64,000 nt of DNA from the IMG/VR virus record IMGVR_UViG_3300033146_003076, positions 1 to 64,000 of that record; one strand, given 5' to 3'. A model generated the notes under the pieces. That model saw only the letters and a list, made by a program, of their open reading frames with translations, had not been told where the DNA came from and did no database searches. The number at the start of each line of letters is the position of its first letter. The first letter of the stretch is position 1. Source of the stretch: a virus. Positions 19,135 through 29,724 of this stretch are shown here, in pieces. A program made the translations under genes and the position numbers.

Positions 19135-20841
19135 ATGGCAGGAATTAAAGCAAAAGCAGATCTTGAAATAACTCTTAAAGTTAAAAATGAACTTTTAAAT
19201 AAACAGTTAGATCTAACTAAAAAGAAATTAGAACAATTAATTAAAACTAATGACAAATTAGGTCGTACTCGTCCCAGAACCCAAACTGGCAAAGACGCAA
19301 AAAAAACATCCCAAGATAAAAACGAAGAAAAGATATTGGCTGAAAAACGAAAAATTGCTAATATGGAAGTACAAAATGCAAGTTATATAGAAAGTAAAAA
19401 AAAGAAAAGAGCTCAAGCAGAACAGCAAAGAGTTCTTAAACCTGAAACCAACAAAAAAGATGCAAAACAACAAGAAAATAATTTTCAATCTATGCGTAAT
19501 GAATTAATGTTAAGTGGGATTTCTGAAAAGAAAGCTATTTCTGCAACAAATACTCTTAAAAAAAATATGAGTGATTTGGGTTTCACTATGAAAAAAAATG
19601 GGGATTTTTTTAATGAGTCTACTAACCAAACAATTGGTTTTAATAAAGCTGCTGGTTATCTTTCTCGTAGTGTAATGCCAAAATTCCATGGGCAATTCTT
19701 ATCTTTAATGTTTATTGGTCAAGGAATGTCTGCTACTTTTGGAGGTATGATTCAAAGTGCCTTACAATCAACAGGTATTTTTGAAGCATTTGGAGGTGTA
19801 TTACAAAGTATTTTATTACCTGTTTTGATGCCATTAATTATGAGATGGTTGCCAAAATTAATGAAGTGGTTAGAATCACCTGGTGCTAAAGAGTTTGCTG
19901 CACAAGTTATTATTATGGGTTCTGCTTTAGGTACCACATTGTCTATGATTTCACAAGTTGTATTATTATTGGGTTCTTTAGGATTTAGTTTAAAAGATAT
20001 AGGATTATGGTTTAAGAATGGCCCCTCAGTTATTTCTAGTTTTTTTAAAGGATTAAAAAATAGTTGGATTCTTATTAAGACTGCTTTTAAAAGTAAAGGT
20101 TTATTAGCTGGTTTAAAATTAGGATTTAAATCTGTTGGTCAAAGTATTGCAAAATGGTTGCCTTTAATAAATGGTGTTGTTGGTGGTTTAACTATTTTTT
20201 GGGGTATTTTAACTGACAATATTTGGCCTGTTTTAAAAGGGATAATTTTGGTTATTGGTGCTATTTTAACTGTTATTTTTGGTTGGCCTGCCGCTCTTGC
20301 CGCTGCGATTGTGGGTGTTGTTTTGATGTTTGATAAATTTGCTTTATTGAGAGGAATAATTTATTCTATTACAGCCGCCAGTGTAAGTTGGTTATCTGCA
20401 TTAGAATTAATTGGTCAGGCAGTTGGTAAAATATTTAAAGGAGATTGGAAAGGATTAAAAGAGGTTTTTAGTATGGACAATATGTTAAATAATACTTTGT
20501 CCGGAAAATTAGTTAAATCTGCCGCTTATCAGTTTCAAGCTGTTCAAAAAGAAGGTATTGGTGCTAAATCTACTGAAATAGATTTACAAGGGAATCTTAA
20601 AAATATACCTAAAATGGCTAGTGGTGGAATTGTTAATGACCCTACTTTAGCCGTTATTGGAGAAGCCGGCCCAGAAGCAGTTATTCCTTTAAGTTCTAAT
20701 AATAGTAATTTTGCTGGAAATAAAGAAATATATTATAATCCTACTATTAATGTTAATGTTAGTGGTGGTTCTTTTAATGAGCAGGATTTAGCCGATAAAA
20801 TAAATAAAGCATTATATGATGCGTTACAAAGAGGTATTTAA
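19135..20841 (+). CDS. Tape measure protein
   Basis: Amphipathic/hydrophobic helical repeats and the C-terminal MASGGIV..PTLAVIGEAGPEAVIPL motif. Confidence 0.9.
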   Translation: MAGIKAKADLEITLKVKNELLNKQLDLTKKKLEQLIKTNDKLGRTRPRTQTGKDAKKTSQDKNEEKILAEKRKIANMEVQNASYIESKKKKRAQAEQQRVLKPETNKKDAKQQENNFQSMRNELMLSGISEKKAISATNTLKKNMSDLGFTMKKNGDFFNESTNQTIGFNKAAGYLSRSVMPKFHGQFLSLMFIGQGMSATFGGMIQSALQSTGIFEAFGGVLQSILLPVLMPLIMRWLPKLMKWLESPGAKEFAAQVIIMGSALGTTLSMISQVVLLLGSLGFSLKDIGLWFKNGPSVISSFFKGLKNSWILIKTAFKSKGLLAGLKLGFKSVGQSIAKWLPLINGVVGGLTIFWGILTDNIWPVLKGIILVIGAILTVIFGWPAALAAAIVGVVLMFDKFALLRGIIYSITAASVSWLSALELIGQAVGKIFKGDWKGLKEVFSMDNMLNNTLSGKLVKSAAYQFQAVQKEGIGAKSTEIDLQGNLKNIPKMASGGIVNDPTLAVIGEAGPEAVIPLSSNNSNFAGNKEIYYNPTINVNVSGGSFNEQDLADKINKALYDALQRGI

Positions 20842-20843
20842 TA

Positions 20844-21368
20844 ATGACAACTATATTATTTCAAGGTACAGGAGATTATGTAAAAATATTTTCTGTAAAG
20901 GTTGATGAACAAATTGATAAATCCCCTGTTAGTTGGGCTGATTTAGTACCTAAGGCTCAGTGGGGAACTAAACCTGCTAAACGATATGTTATGGATTTCA
21001 AGAATGTTACTAATGCCTTTGTTATTACTGGCACAATTTGTGCTGATAGTTTAGGTGTAACTGGTTCTGTGTTAGATGCACGAGATTTATTAAAAAGTTT
21101 TATTGTTGGTGGTGGTACTGTAAATATGAAATATGGTCTTGCCGCTGAGTTAGCTGGTTTAGACCCCTCTTATTCTGCTACTTCTAATTCTTATTATGGT
21201 AGTGCTGGTTTTGAGGTTATAATTACACGATTACAATTTAGTGAGGACCCAAAAGGAGGGGACTCTGGGGCTAATATTAGTAGTTCAACTGCTGAGGCTA
21301 TTAAAGGAGTTCCAGAATTATTTAATGTTACTTTAACTTGTCAATGTGGTGTAGATTATTCTTCTTAG
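20844..21368 (+). CDS. Distal tail protein (putative)
   Basis: Position directly after the tape measure, and size. Confidence 0.45.
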   Translation: MTTILFQGTGDYVKIFSVKVDEQIDKSPVSWADLVPKAQWGTKPAKRYVMDFKNVTNAFVITGTICADSLGVTGSVLDARDLLKSFIVGGGTVNMKYGLAAELAGLDPSYSATSNSYYGSAGFEVIITRLQFSEDPKGGDSGANISSSTAEAIKGVPELFNVTLTCQCGVDYSS

Positions 21369-21392
21369 AATAATTGGATGGAATAGAAAAAA

Positions 21393-24300
21393 ATGGTAAA
21401 TATTAATTTAGTTGAAAATCATAGAGTCTATATTTTAAAGAAAGATAAAAACCCTAGTGTTGGTACCCCACTTGTTGCAGATTATTATGATTTTACTGAT
21501 TATTTAATGAATTTTAGTATTAATAAACAATTATGTAAACTTGCTACTCTTAATGTTACCATGGCTGGTATTGATACTCTCACCTTAAGAGATTATGTTA
21601 AAGCAGGGAATTATTTGTTTGTTATGACTGGTTATAATGATGGGTCTGTTCATAATAAATTAATTGGTAAATTTTTGTTAGAAAAACCAATATATGGAAA
21701 TAAAGGTTCTGTTAGTATAACTGGAATACAAAGTTCTGGGAAAAACACTAATAATAAACAATTGTCTCGTACTGATAATTCTTATAAGAAAACTTTTCAA
21801 ACTGAAACTTTAAATACTGTTTTTTTTGGTGCAACAGGAGTTTGTGTTGACAGTAACTCTGTTAATGTTTTAGATAATGGTCTTGATAGTTCTCTAGTAA
21901 ACAATAAAATATCTGTTGATGTCGATTATAATAAGCGAACTAATGTTGTTCAAAAGGTTTGTGAAAATGCTAATATTGAATGGGATATATTTCATGGGGT
22001 AAATGATTCAACAAATCCTTTTAGTGCTGGTGATTCTCTTATTATAAAAAGTAAGATTGGTACAACTTCTTCTAGTCAACATACTTTTTATTTAAGTGGA
22101 GAACATACAAATTGTTATGCTTCTTATGGTGTTAAAAGTGTTTCTAATTTATGTAATAATGTCATTATTAAAGGTACTGATTTAGCCGGAGATCCAATTG
22201 AAACAAATATGTTTGCTGGTGGCGTTGCCGATAGTTATATTGATACGTCTAAGTTAGGTGCATCTTATACTTCTTTTGATGGTTGGTTATATGATGATGT
22301 TCCTTCTTATCCTTGTGGTTTAATTAAAGATACTATGGATAATGGCGATACGAATATGTATCTTTTAGAAGGGGTAGACTATACTATAACTATTGTTACT
22401 GTTATTCCTGGTTCTCCAAACACTGTTAGAATAATGAATAATGGTCAAAATTCAACCGATTTAGAAGTTGGTGAAAGTTTCACTTATTTTAATGATTCTT
22501 ATATATATATAGATGCGATTGATGTATCTGGTTCACCTTATACTTGCACATTTACTTTATTTTCTTCTGAACCTGCTTCTATTAAAATTTCAAAAGGATC
22601 CGTTATTGGTTATCATGATGGGTCTATTGTTTTTGTGAAAATTGATAATGAAGTAATAAAAGGAACCGTTGATGATTCTTCTTCATTATATACTAAGATA
22701 TTTAATATAACTCGTGCTGTTAATACTACTACTGTGATGGGATCTTCAACATTCCCTTTTGACACAGAAAGGGCAACACATAGAAAGGGTTCAGATGTTG
22801 TATTTTTGAGAGATGGTGTTGCAAGTTCAGGTGTTTTAAGTGTTGATGTTCCACTTCTTAGTGTCACTGATTTACAAGCTAATGCAGGGACAATATATAT
22901 TGGTTCTGAAAGATGTGTAAATCTTGCTACAAATCATATAACTAATTGTGTTTCTGTTGTAAGAATTGACCAAACTAGTTCTTCTACTGAAGCTGATAGT
23001 TGGAAAGGTTGTTATGCACATAGTACTGGGATTAGAATTTTAAGAGCAAATAAAAGTGGAGGAGGTTATTATACACCTGATGATCCTTATCCTACTTCAA
23101 ATATTGATAATGATGGTTTATTTAGTGAGGTTTTTACTGATGAAAATTCTGTTACTAAAGATGGATTGGATAAGAAATGTCAATTATTATTAATAAATCG
23201 TGCTGATATTGATGATGTTGTTGAAATTGAACCAGATAATGTTGGTGCTTGGTTTACTGATATAAATTTGGGTGATGCCGTTTCTATTTCTGGTTCGAGT
23301 ATAATTAATTTAGAAGATGTGACTGAGTATCGTTTTGTTGAGTATGATTATAGTTGGCCTGCTGCAAAATGTAAAATTTATTTGAATAAAATTGAGAAAA
23401 TAAATTCCTTTAATACAAAAGATAATTTTACTGAAAATTTTGCTTCAATGTCTAATAAAATGTCTAATAATAGTATAAGGAAAAATGAATTTAATAATTA
23501 TACAGATATTTCTTCTGCTGGTGAAAAATTAGGCTTTGACTTTTTTAATAAAGAAGTTAATGGTATTAATATTGATTCAGATATTTCTAATTTGGGTGAT
23601 GATGATACTGATAAGGCTGTAAATGTTGGTTTATTAAAACAAAGTCTTAGCGATAGTGGGGCTAATTTATGGGCGGAAAGTGGAAGTAATTTAAGACCTA
23701 CTTCTTCCGGCAAATCTATTTTTCCTAATGGTTCTGGTAATGTTGGTACTTCTTCTGAATATTGGGATAAATCTTATATTTCTGAAATGTATTTACATGA
23801 AAATTATTATTTTAAACATGTGGCTGGAACTAATGATTATTTAGAATTATTTTGTAATGAAGAAAATCTGAGTGGTTCTAATCCTGCAACACTATTACAA
23901 TTTGATAAAGGAAATTTAAGTTTAAGTAGTGGTTATAAAATTCCTCGTAGTTATTTTAAGGATAGTTTTATTATTCCTTTAACTGATGAGTCTGCTAATG
24001 TTGAGACTGTTTTACAAGATACTTTTACACAGGAAGGTTCAATTTATTATGATACTGCCACTGATAAGTTAAGATTAATGACTGAAAGTGGATGGGAAGA
24101 TGTTGGTGGAGACAATTCCCCTTTAACAACGAGAGGTGATATTTATATTTATTCAACTACTAATGCTAGACTTGCTGCTGGCTCCAACGGTCAAGTTTTA
24201 ACGGCTGATAATACTATCGCAGACGGTTTAAAATGGGCTACTCCTTCCAGTGGTTTTACAGATCCTATGACTCATGTAGGAGATATTATTTATAAAGATT

Positions 24301-25229
24301 CTTCAAATATTACAACTCGTTTGCCACTTGGATCTTCTGGAAAAGTATTAAAAAGTGATGGTAGTAATTTAATTTGGGGGGATGAACAAACAAATTATTG
24401 GGAATTAGACACTGGCGTTACTCCTGGATTATTATCCCCCATAAGTAATTATGATGTTCATTTAAAAAATATTTTAAATGATTCTTCTGCTCCAACAATT
24501 TCTTTTTATAAATGTAGAGAGAATGTTGGAGTAAAACAAAATCTAACTGTTAGTGATACAATCTGTGCTATATCTTCCAACTTTGAACAATCATCAGGTG
24601 GTGTAAAAAATGGTTTTTCTTTTGCTGCTAAAATGTTGGATGTTGCTATTGGTAGTGAATTAGTAGGATTATATTTAAATACATGGGATTCTAGTACAAG
24701 TGCATTAACAGAAAGGTTACGTTTGGATGGTAATGGTTTTACTATAAATTCTAGTAAAATGTTAAATTCTTTAAGTTTATACTCTAATAGTTCTGTTGTT
24801 CCTCAGTGTGTAATTGATACTGATGGGGCACATGCAAATGGCGGAAAAATTTATTTTAAAAAAGAAAGAAGTGGTGGGTCTATATCTGATTCAGATGTTG
24901 TATCTCAAATTCAAAGTGTTTTTAAAAATAGTGCAAGTGAACTTATAACTGCATCAACCATAGAAGTTAAAGTTGATGATGTAACTGATGGTACTGAGGA
25001 TACTTCTGTTTTTATTAGTAATATGAATAATGGTATTTACAAAAATCAATTCAAAATTGCTGCCAATGAAGTTTATTTAGGGGATGTTGATAATACAAAT
25101 CGTACAACCATATCCTCTACAACAGGGCATATAAAAGTTAATAATGGTTCTGCTTATGGTAAACTTACTGTTAGCACTTCTTCCCCTTCTGGAGGGGCAT
25201 CAGGAGATATTTGGTTTAAATATAGTTAA
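21393..25229 (+). CDS. Tail hub/central fibre protein
   Basis: 1278 aa, with a hub-like N-terminus, IDNE.I...TRA...ATH..G repeats, TT.GDI..RL..GSNGQVL fibre repeats and a C-terminal PSGGASGDIWF. Confidence 0.7.
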   Translation: MVNINLVENHRVYILKKDKNPSVGTPLVADYYDFTDYLMNFSINKQLCKLATLNVTMAGIDTLTLRDYVKAGNYLFVMTGYNDGSVHNKLIGKFLLEKPIYGNKGSVSITGIQSSGKNTNNKQLSRTDNSYKKTFQTETLNTVFFGATGVCVDSNSVNVLDNGLDSSLVNNKISVDVDYNKRTNVVQKVCENANIEWDIFHGVNDSTNPFSAGDSLIIKSKIGTTSSSQHTFYLSGEHTNCYASYGVKSVSNLCNNVIIKGTDLAGDPIETNMFAGGVADSYIDTSKLGASYTSFDGWLYDDVPSYPCGLIKDTMDNGDTNMYLLEGVDYTITIVTVIPGSPNTVRIMNNGQNSTDLEVGESFTYFNDSYIYIDAIDVSGSPYTCTFTLFSSEPASIKISKGSVIGYHDGSIVFVKIDNEVIKGTVDDSSSLYTKIFNITRAVNTTTVMGSSTFPFDTERATHRKGSDVVFLRDGVASSGVLSVDVPLLSVTDLQANAGTIYIGSERCVNLATNHITNCVSVVRIDQTSSSTEADSWKGCYAHSTGIRILRANKSGGGYYTPDDPYPTSNIDNDGLFSEVFTDENSVTKDGLDKKCQLLLINRADIDDVVEIEPDNVGAWFTDINLGDAVSISGSSIINLEDVTEYRFVEYDYSWPAAKCKIYLNKIEKINSFNTKDNFTENFASMSNKMSNNSIRKNEFNNYTDISSAGEKLGFDFFNKEVNGINIDSDISNLGDDDTDKAVNVGLLKQSLSDSGANLWAESGSNLRPTSSGKSIFPNGSGNVGTSSEYWDKSYISEMYLHENYYFKHVAGTNDYLELFCNEENLSGSNPATLLQFDKGNLSLSSGYKIPRSYFKDSFIIPLTDESANVETVLQDTFTQEGSIYYDTATDKLRLMTESGWEDVGGDNSPLTTRGDIYIYSTTNARLAAGSNGQVLTADNTIADGLKWATPSSGFTDPMTHVGDIIYKDSSNITTRLPLGSSGKVLKSDGSNLIWGDEQTNYWELDTGVTPGLLSPISNYDVHLKNILNDSSAPTISFYKCRENVGVKQNLTVSDTICAISSNFEQSSGGVKNGFSFAAKMLDVAIGSELVGLYLNTWDSSTSALTERLRLDGNGFTINSSKMLNSLSLYSNSSVVPQCVIDTDGAHANGGKIYFKKERSGGSISDSDVVSQIQSVFKNSASELITASTIEVKVDDVTDGTEDTSVFISNMNNGIYKNQFKIAANEVYLGDVDNTNRTTISSTTGHIKVNNGSAYGKLTVSTSSPSGGASGDIWFKYS

Positions 25230-25256
25230 ATAATGTAAGGGGGATGTGAATAGAAA

Positions 25257-27341
25257 ATGGCTTTTTCAACAAGTGAAAAATTTGCAGCATCAAAAATTGC
25301 TTATGCTTCCTCTTCTTCCGTAAATAATTGGGCTGTTTATACTTCAGGCAATTATTATGCTAAACTCGTTGGTGCCGCAGCAAGAGCTAGTTCAGGATAT
25401 TTAAGAATATATGGTTTTGGTTTTTCAACTTCTGATTTTACATCAAGAAGTATTGATTTTATTTCTTATTCTTCAAGAATAGTAGGGGTAACATTTACAC
25501 TTAATTGTAAGACTTATTCTGGTAATATTGTTTATGATGAAGAAGTATACTTAAAAACAGATTCAGGGACTGGCCATTCAGGTAATAATAAAGCAAGTGG
25601 TAGTTCTTGGGGTACTAGTTATTATGATAAAAATTATGGGTCTAGTAGTGATACATGGGGACATTCTCTTGATATAGGTGATGTTACTGGATTAAATTTT
25701 GGAGTTTTATTAAAAATACAACTTGGACCTGTTGGTGCTGGAGATAATCATAGAGGGAATGTTCGTATGACTACTGAGGGTAGTGATGAAAAAACACGTT
25801 CTACAGTTTATTATAAAAAACCCGCATATTACCCTGATATTAGTATAAGGTCTGCTACTAATATAGATTATGAATCCGCTACTATAAGAGGTGATATTGA
25901 TATTTTACAAGATTATGATGAAGTAGATACCCAATTTTGTTATAGAGAATATAATTTTGGTAGTGCAGATTTTAGTCCTTCCCAAACAATTGCAGATGGA
26001 GTTCAAACATATAATGTTTCTGGTAATAGTTATGAGATAACTCTTAAAGAAATTAATGTTTCTTTGGGTGCAAGATTTATGGTTAATGGCCAAGTTACTT
26101 GTCATTTAGATGAAGATGAAGGAAGCAGATTAGATGTTGGAAGTGGTAATGCATTTATTGAGGTTACAAATATTTCTGGAAATACAGTTAGTTTTAAATT
26201 ATGGGATAATGTTGGGGCTTGGACTACAACTAGTTCAATTACTAGAGATTCAACAGGAACATATTCTGAAAATATTTCTTCTTTGGATAGTGAAACAGAT
26301 TATATTTATTATTTTAAACAAATTACTTCTGACTCAGGGGTTGATAGTGATTATTATTCTTTGGAAACAGAGCATAATAGTCGTGTTACAACATTTACAA
26401 CATCTGCCCCACCTAGTTCAGGAGTACATTATAATGTTGGTGGTCTTTGGAAAGATATTGGAGAAGTACATTATAAAATAGGTTCTACTTGGGAAAAGAT
26501 TGATGAAGTTTATTATAATCTTTTTTCTTGGTCTGTAGGAGGTAATTTATCTGTTGCAAAACATGCTTTAGGTGGGGCTGGAACTCAGTCTGCTGGTTTA
26601 TCTTTTGGAGGTTTTACTGGTTCTTATTCTAATGCCACGGAGGAATATAATGGTACTTCTTGGTCTGGAGGGGGCAATTTAACTAGTGCCCGGTATATGT
26701 TAGGTGGATGTGGTACTCAAACAGCTGGTTTAAGTTTTGGGGGATATAATCCAAGTTATTCTTCTGTTACTGAAGAGTATGATGGTTCTAGTTGGAGTGG
26801 TGGTGGTAATTTGAATACTGCTCGTTATGGTTTAGCCGGTTGTGGCACTCAATCTTCTGGTTTATCTTTTGGTGGAACTACTGGTAGTAGAAGTAATATT
26901 ACTGAGGAGTATGATGGTTCTAGTTGGAGTAGTGGTGGTAATTTGTCTACTGCCAGATTTGGTTTAGCTGGGTGTGGGACCCAATCTTCTGCCTTATCTT
27001 TTGGTGGAACTAATGGTGCTTCTTCTTATAATATTACCGAAGAGTATGATAGTGGTTCTTGGAGTAGTGGGGGAACTTTAAATACTGCTAGATTTGGTTT
27101 AGCTGGTTGTGGTACTCAAAGTTCTGGTTTAAGTTTTGGAGGAACTTCTGGTGGTCCTTCTAATGTTACCGAAGAATATGATGGTGGTTCATGGAGTATT
27201 TGTTCTAATTTAAATACCGCTAGATATGATCTGGGTGGTGTTGGATTAAGTGCGAGTGGGTTATCTTTTGGTGGTCATGAGGGAAGTGGATATTCACAAG
27301 CTACCGAAGAATATAATCTTTCTTGGAAATTATTAGAATAA
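25257..27341 (+). CDS. Receptor-binding protein with Fn3-like domain and Kelch-type beta-propeller
   Basis: Six 43-aa repeats W.GG.LNTAR.GL.GCGTQ..GLSFGG....TEEYDG. Confidence 0.75.
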   Translation: MAFSTSEKFAASKIAYASSSSVNNWAVYTSGNYYAKLVGAAARASSGYLRIYGFGFSTSDFTSRSIDFISYSSRIVGVTFTLNCKTYSGNIVYDEEVYLKTDSGTGHSGNNKASGSSWGTSYYDKNYGSSSDTWGHSLDIGDVTGLNFGVLLKIQLGPVGAGDNHRGNVRMTTEGSDEKTRSTVYYKKPAYYPDISIRSATNIDYESATIRGDIDILQDYDEVDTQFCYREYNFGSADFSPSQTIADGVQTYNVSGNSYEITLKEINVSLGARFMVNGQVTCHLDEDEGSRLDVGSGNAFIEVTNISGNTVSFKLWDNVGAWTTTSSITRDSTGTYSENISSLDSETDYIYYFKQITSDSGVDSDYYSLETEHNSRVTTFTTSAPPSSGVHYNVGGLWKDIGEVHYKIGSTWEKIDEVYYNLFSWSVGGNLSVAKHALGGAGTQSAGLSFGGFTGSYSNATEEYNGTSWSGGGNLTSARYMLGGCGTQTAGLSFGGYNPSYSSVTEEYDGSSWSGGGNLNTARYGLAGCGTQSSGLSFGGTTGSRSNITEEYDGSSWSSGGNLSTARFGLAGCGTQSSALSFGGTNGASSYNITEEYDSGSWSSGGTLNTARFGLAGCGTQSSGLSFGGTSGGPSNVTEEYDGGSWSICSNLNTARYDLGGVGLSASGLSFGGHEGSGYSQATEEYNLSWKLLE
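26530..27318 (+). repeat. Six 129-bp Kelch-like repeats
   Basis: Periodicity visible in both DNA and protein. Confidence 0.9.
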
Positions 27342-27366
27342 AAATAAAATAAAAAAAATAAAATAG
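27340..27366. terminator. Convergence point of the two gene blocks; oligo(T) terminator on the - strand
   Basis: A-rich run between converging stop codons. Confidence 0.55.
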
Positions 27367-27708
27367 TTATTTTCCTTGTTCAATTGTTGCTAAATGTTTA
27401 TCAATATTTAATAATGCTATTTCTAAACCTTTAATGTTTTTTGTTAATGCTTCTTTTTCTTTTAACTGTTCAGATTTTTTACTCATTTCAACAAACTTTT
27501 TTACTTCTTCGTCGTCTTCCAAATCCATTACTTTCACAAGTTTTGATTTTGCATCATTTAATTGTGATGTTATTTGATTTTTGTATGCTTTTCTTTCATA
27601 AATATTTTGTTGTAATTCTTGTTCAGTCATTGTTTGTGTTTCCACTATTTCTAAAACATAATTATCTTCTTTTTTCTTTAATGTTGTGTTTACATCTACT
27701 TGTGCCAT
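27367..27708 (-). CDS. Hypothetical coiled-coil protein
   Basis: GAGGT RBS. Confidence 0.5.
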   Translation of the reverse strand: MAQVDVNTTLKKKEDNYVLEIVETQTMTEQELQQNIYERKAYKNQITSQLNDAKSKLVKVMDLEDDEEVKKFVEMSKKSEQLKEKEALTKNIKGLEIALLNIDKHLATIEQGK

Positions 27709-27721
27709 TTTTTCTTTTACC

Positions 27722-28804
27722 TCATATCTCCTTATCTTTTTCAGAAAAGATAATTTCTTTTAGGAACTTGTCCCATTTTTTAAAAAATTTGTTTAAGCTC
27801 CAATCAATATTATTACATTTTTTTTGGAGTGTATTGTAAATATCTTTTTGTATTAGTAATGTTTTTGTGTATGATAAAAATTGCATATTATAATACTCTG
27901 ACCCCGGTTCTCCTTCTATTAATATGCCTGGTGGTTGATTTGTCATGGTATTAACTAATGCTGCTTTCTTTGATGTTATTACTGGTGTACCACACATTAA
28001 ACTTTGCATTATACTTGTACAACATGTTTCATCGTATGTGTTTGGGTATACCATTAATACACTTTCTTTCATATGTCTTGCTAGTTCTTCTTGTGGTACA
28101 GTTCCGTGATACACAACCTGTTTCATTTTTTTTGCTCTTGAATATAATTTTTCATATTCATCTTTTTCTCCTGTTGCGTACATATCCATCCCACTAAATA
28201 TGTGTAATTCTGTGTAAGGTATTTTCCTTAATTTTGGAAACATGTCCAGTAATTCTTTTAATCCTCTGTATGGTGCTGATGCGTATATAATTTTCCTGTG
28301 TACTTTTTCTAAGTTCACCATATTAAATATTGTTCCGTCTACTCCTAATGGTATTGGTACAATTTTATTTTTTACTTCTGGAAACTTTGTACAAATGTTT
28401 TCTTTGTGCCATTCTGATACAGAAACAATTTTATCAATTTTGTTTATTGCTTCTCCAATTTTATCCATCGCCGGTGTATCCACAAAATCATGGCACCATA
28501 ATACAACTTTACAGTTATGTTTTTTTATGTCAAAGAAATTAATAAAATATGAATCTCTTAATACTATTAGGATGTCTGGTTTATGATCATATAATCCATC
28601 ATGAACATTTTCTGCAAATTTATATTTAACTCCATTATATTCTTTTTCTTCTATGGTATTACAATATACACTTACATCATTAGTTTTTGCTAAGTGTTTT
28701 GCTAAATGGATTAATACTGTTTCTGTTCCACCCATCCCTTTTATTTTAAGATCGTTTGGACTAAATAATGCTTGTGCTGTTGTTAGGAAAAATATCTTTA
28801 CCAT
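27722..28804 (-). CDS. GT-B (family 4-like) glycosyltransferase
   Basis: MGGTE, VSVSEWHK, IPLGVD, YASAPYRGL, YP..Y.ET.C....SL.CGTPVI. Confidence 0.9.
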   Translation of the reverse strand: MVKIFFLTTAQALFSPNDLKIKGMGGTETVLIHLAKHLAKTNDVSVYCNTIEEKEYNGVKYKFAENVHDGLYDHKPDILIVLRDSYFINFFDIKKHNCKVVLWCHDFVDTPAMDKIGEAINKIDKIVSVSEWHKENICTKFPEVKNKIVPIPLGVDGTIFNMVNLEKVHRKIIYASAPYRGLKELLDMFPKLRKIPYTELHIFSGMDMYATGEKDEYEKLYSRAKKMKQVVYHGTVPQEELARHMKESVLMVYPNTYDETCCTSIMQSLMCGTPVITSKKAALVNTMTNQPPGILIEGEPGSEYYNMQFLSYTKTLLIQKDIYNTLQKKCNNIDWSLNKFFKKWDKFLKEIIFSEKDKEI

Positions 28805-29469
28805 CCGCTATCCTCCACGCTGGTTACTTTAACATTCTCTTTTTTGATAGGTTCTTCTATGATTTCTTTTTCAGGTTCCTTTTCTTCAACAACTTCTGGT
28901 TCTATTACTTCTTTTTCAAACATTGCTGCTTTTCTTTTTGGTGTTGGAACTTCTTTATCTTTATTCATTTCTTCGATGTCAATTGGTTCATCCATTTTCC
29001 TGTTAATAGTTATTAAACCTTGTTTTTCTAATTCTTTAAGATTATTGACGCTAACTTTTATGTATTCAATTTTACTTATTTTTGTTGGATTTAATGCTTC
29101 TGTCATTCTTGTTAATATTTTTTCTTGTAAATCTAGTTGTCCTCTTATTTCTTTTATTGCTTTAAGTTTTATTGTATCTTCTATTTCAATGTTATCCATC
29201 ATTCTCCATGTGATGTCATTAATTTTTTTAAGTTGATCAGCTGTGTTAAGTATTGGTTCTATTAATTGTTGTTTAACTTTTTCATCTCCTGCAATAATTT
29301 CAGAAGTTTTATTAACAAATTTATTGTATGCTGTTGTAACAGAATTGGCAGTAATGTTCATTTCAAATTCTGTGTTAAGTTTTTCTGCTACCATTGTGTT
29401 TGGCATGTTTAATCCTTTCAGTTCACCCATTCTCATTAACACTTCTGGTTCATATAATTTATCTTCCAT
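28798..29469 (-). CDS. Helical protein, possible terminase small subunit
   Basis: N-terminal HTH-like segment, coiled coil and acidic tail; function uncertain. Confidence 0.25.
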   Translation of the reverse strand: MEDKLYEPEVLMRMGELKGLNMPNTMVAEKLNTEFEMNITANSVTTAYNKFVNKTSEIIAGDEKVKQQLIEPILNTADQLKKINDITWRMMDNIEIEDTIKLKAIKEIRGQLDLQEKILTRMTEALNPTKISKIEYIKVSVNNLKELEKQGLITINRKMDEPIDIEEMNKDKEVPTPKRKAAMFEKEVIEPEVVEEKEPEKEIIEEPIKKENVKVTSVEDSGW

Positions 29470-29490
29470 ATTATTTTCCTCTTTTCCCTA

Positions 29491-29724
29491 TTATTGGTTA
29501 AACCATTTTTTTTCAAGTATATAATAATTTGAACTACTCATTTTCCTTTTGAATACATATCCTTTTTCAATTGCCATTTTACCATAATTTTTTATTGTTG
29601 CCGCTGGAATTTTACTTTTTTCTTCCATCTCTACAGCATTTAATCCTTCTGGATATTTACGCAATAGTTCGCAAATTATATCGACTTTTTCTCTTTTCGT
29701 AAGTAAATGTAGGTTTATCGACAT
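29491..29724 (-). CDS. Winged-HTH protein
   Basis: I.ELLRKYPEGL...EM......ATIKNY....EKGYV. Confidence 0.6.
   Translation of the reverse strand: MSINLHLLTKREKVDIICELLRKYPEGLNAVEMEEKSKIPAATIKNYGKMAIEKGYVFKRKMSSSNYYILEKKWFNQ

Noticed and set aside
21838-21859. Box A-like sequences inside coding regions (also 30739-30758)
   Set aside because: They have several mismatches and can be explained by codons (VCVDSN, VYVDTK), so they were not counted.
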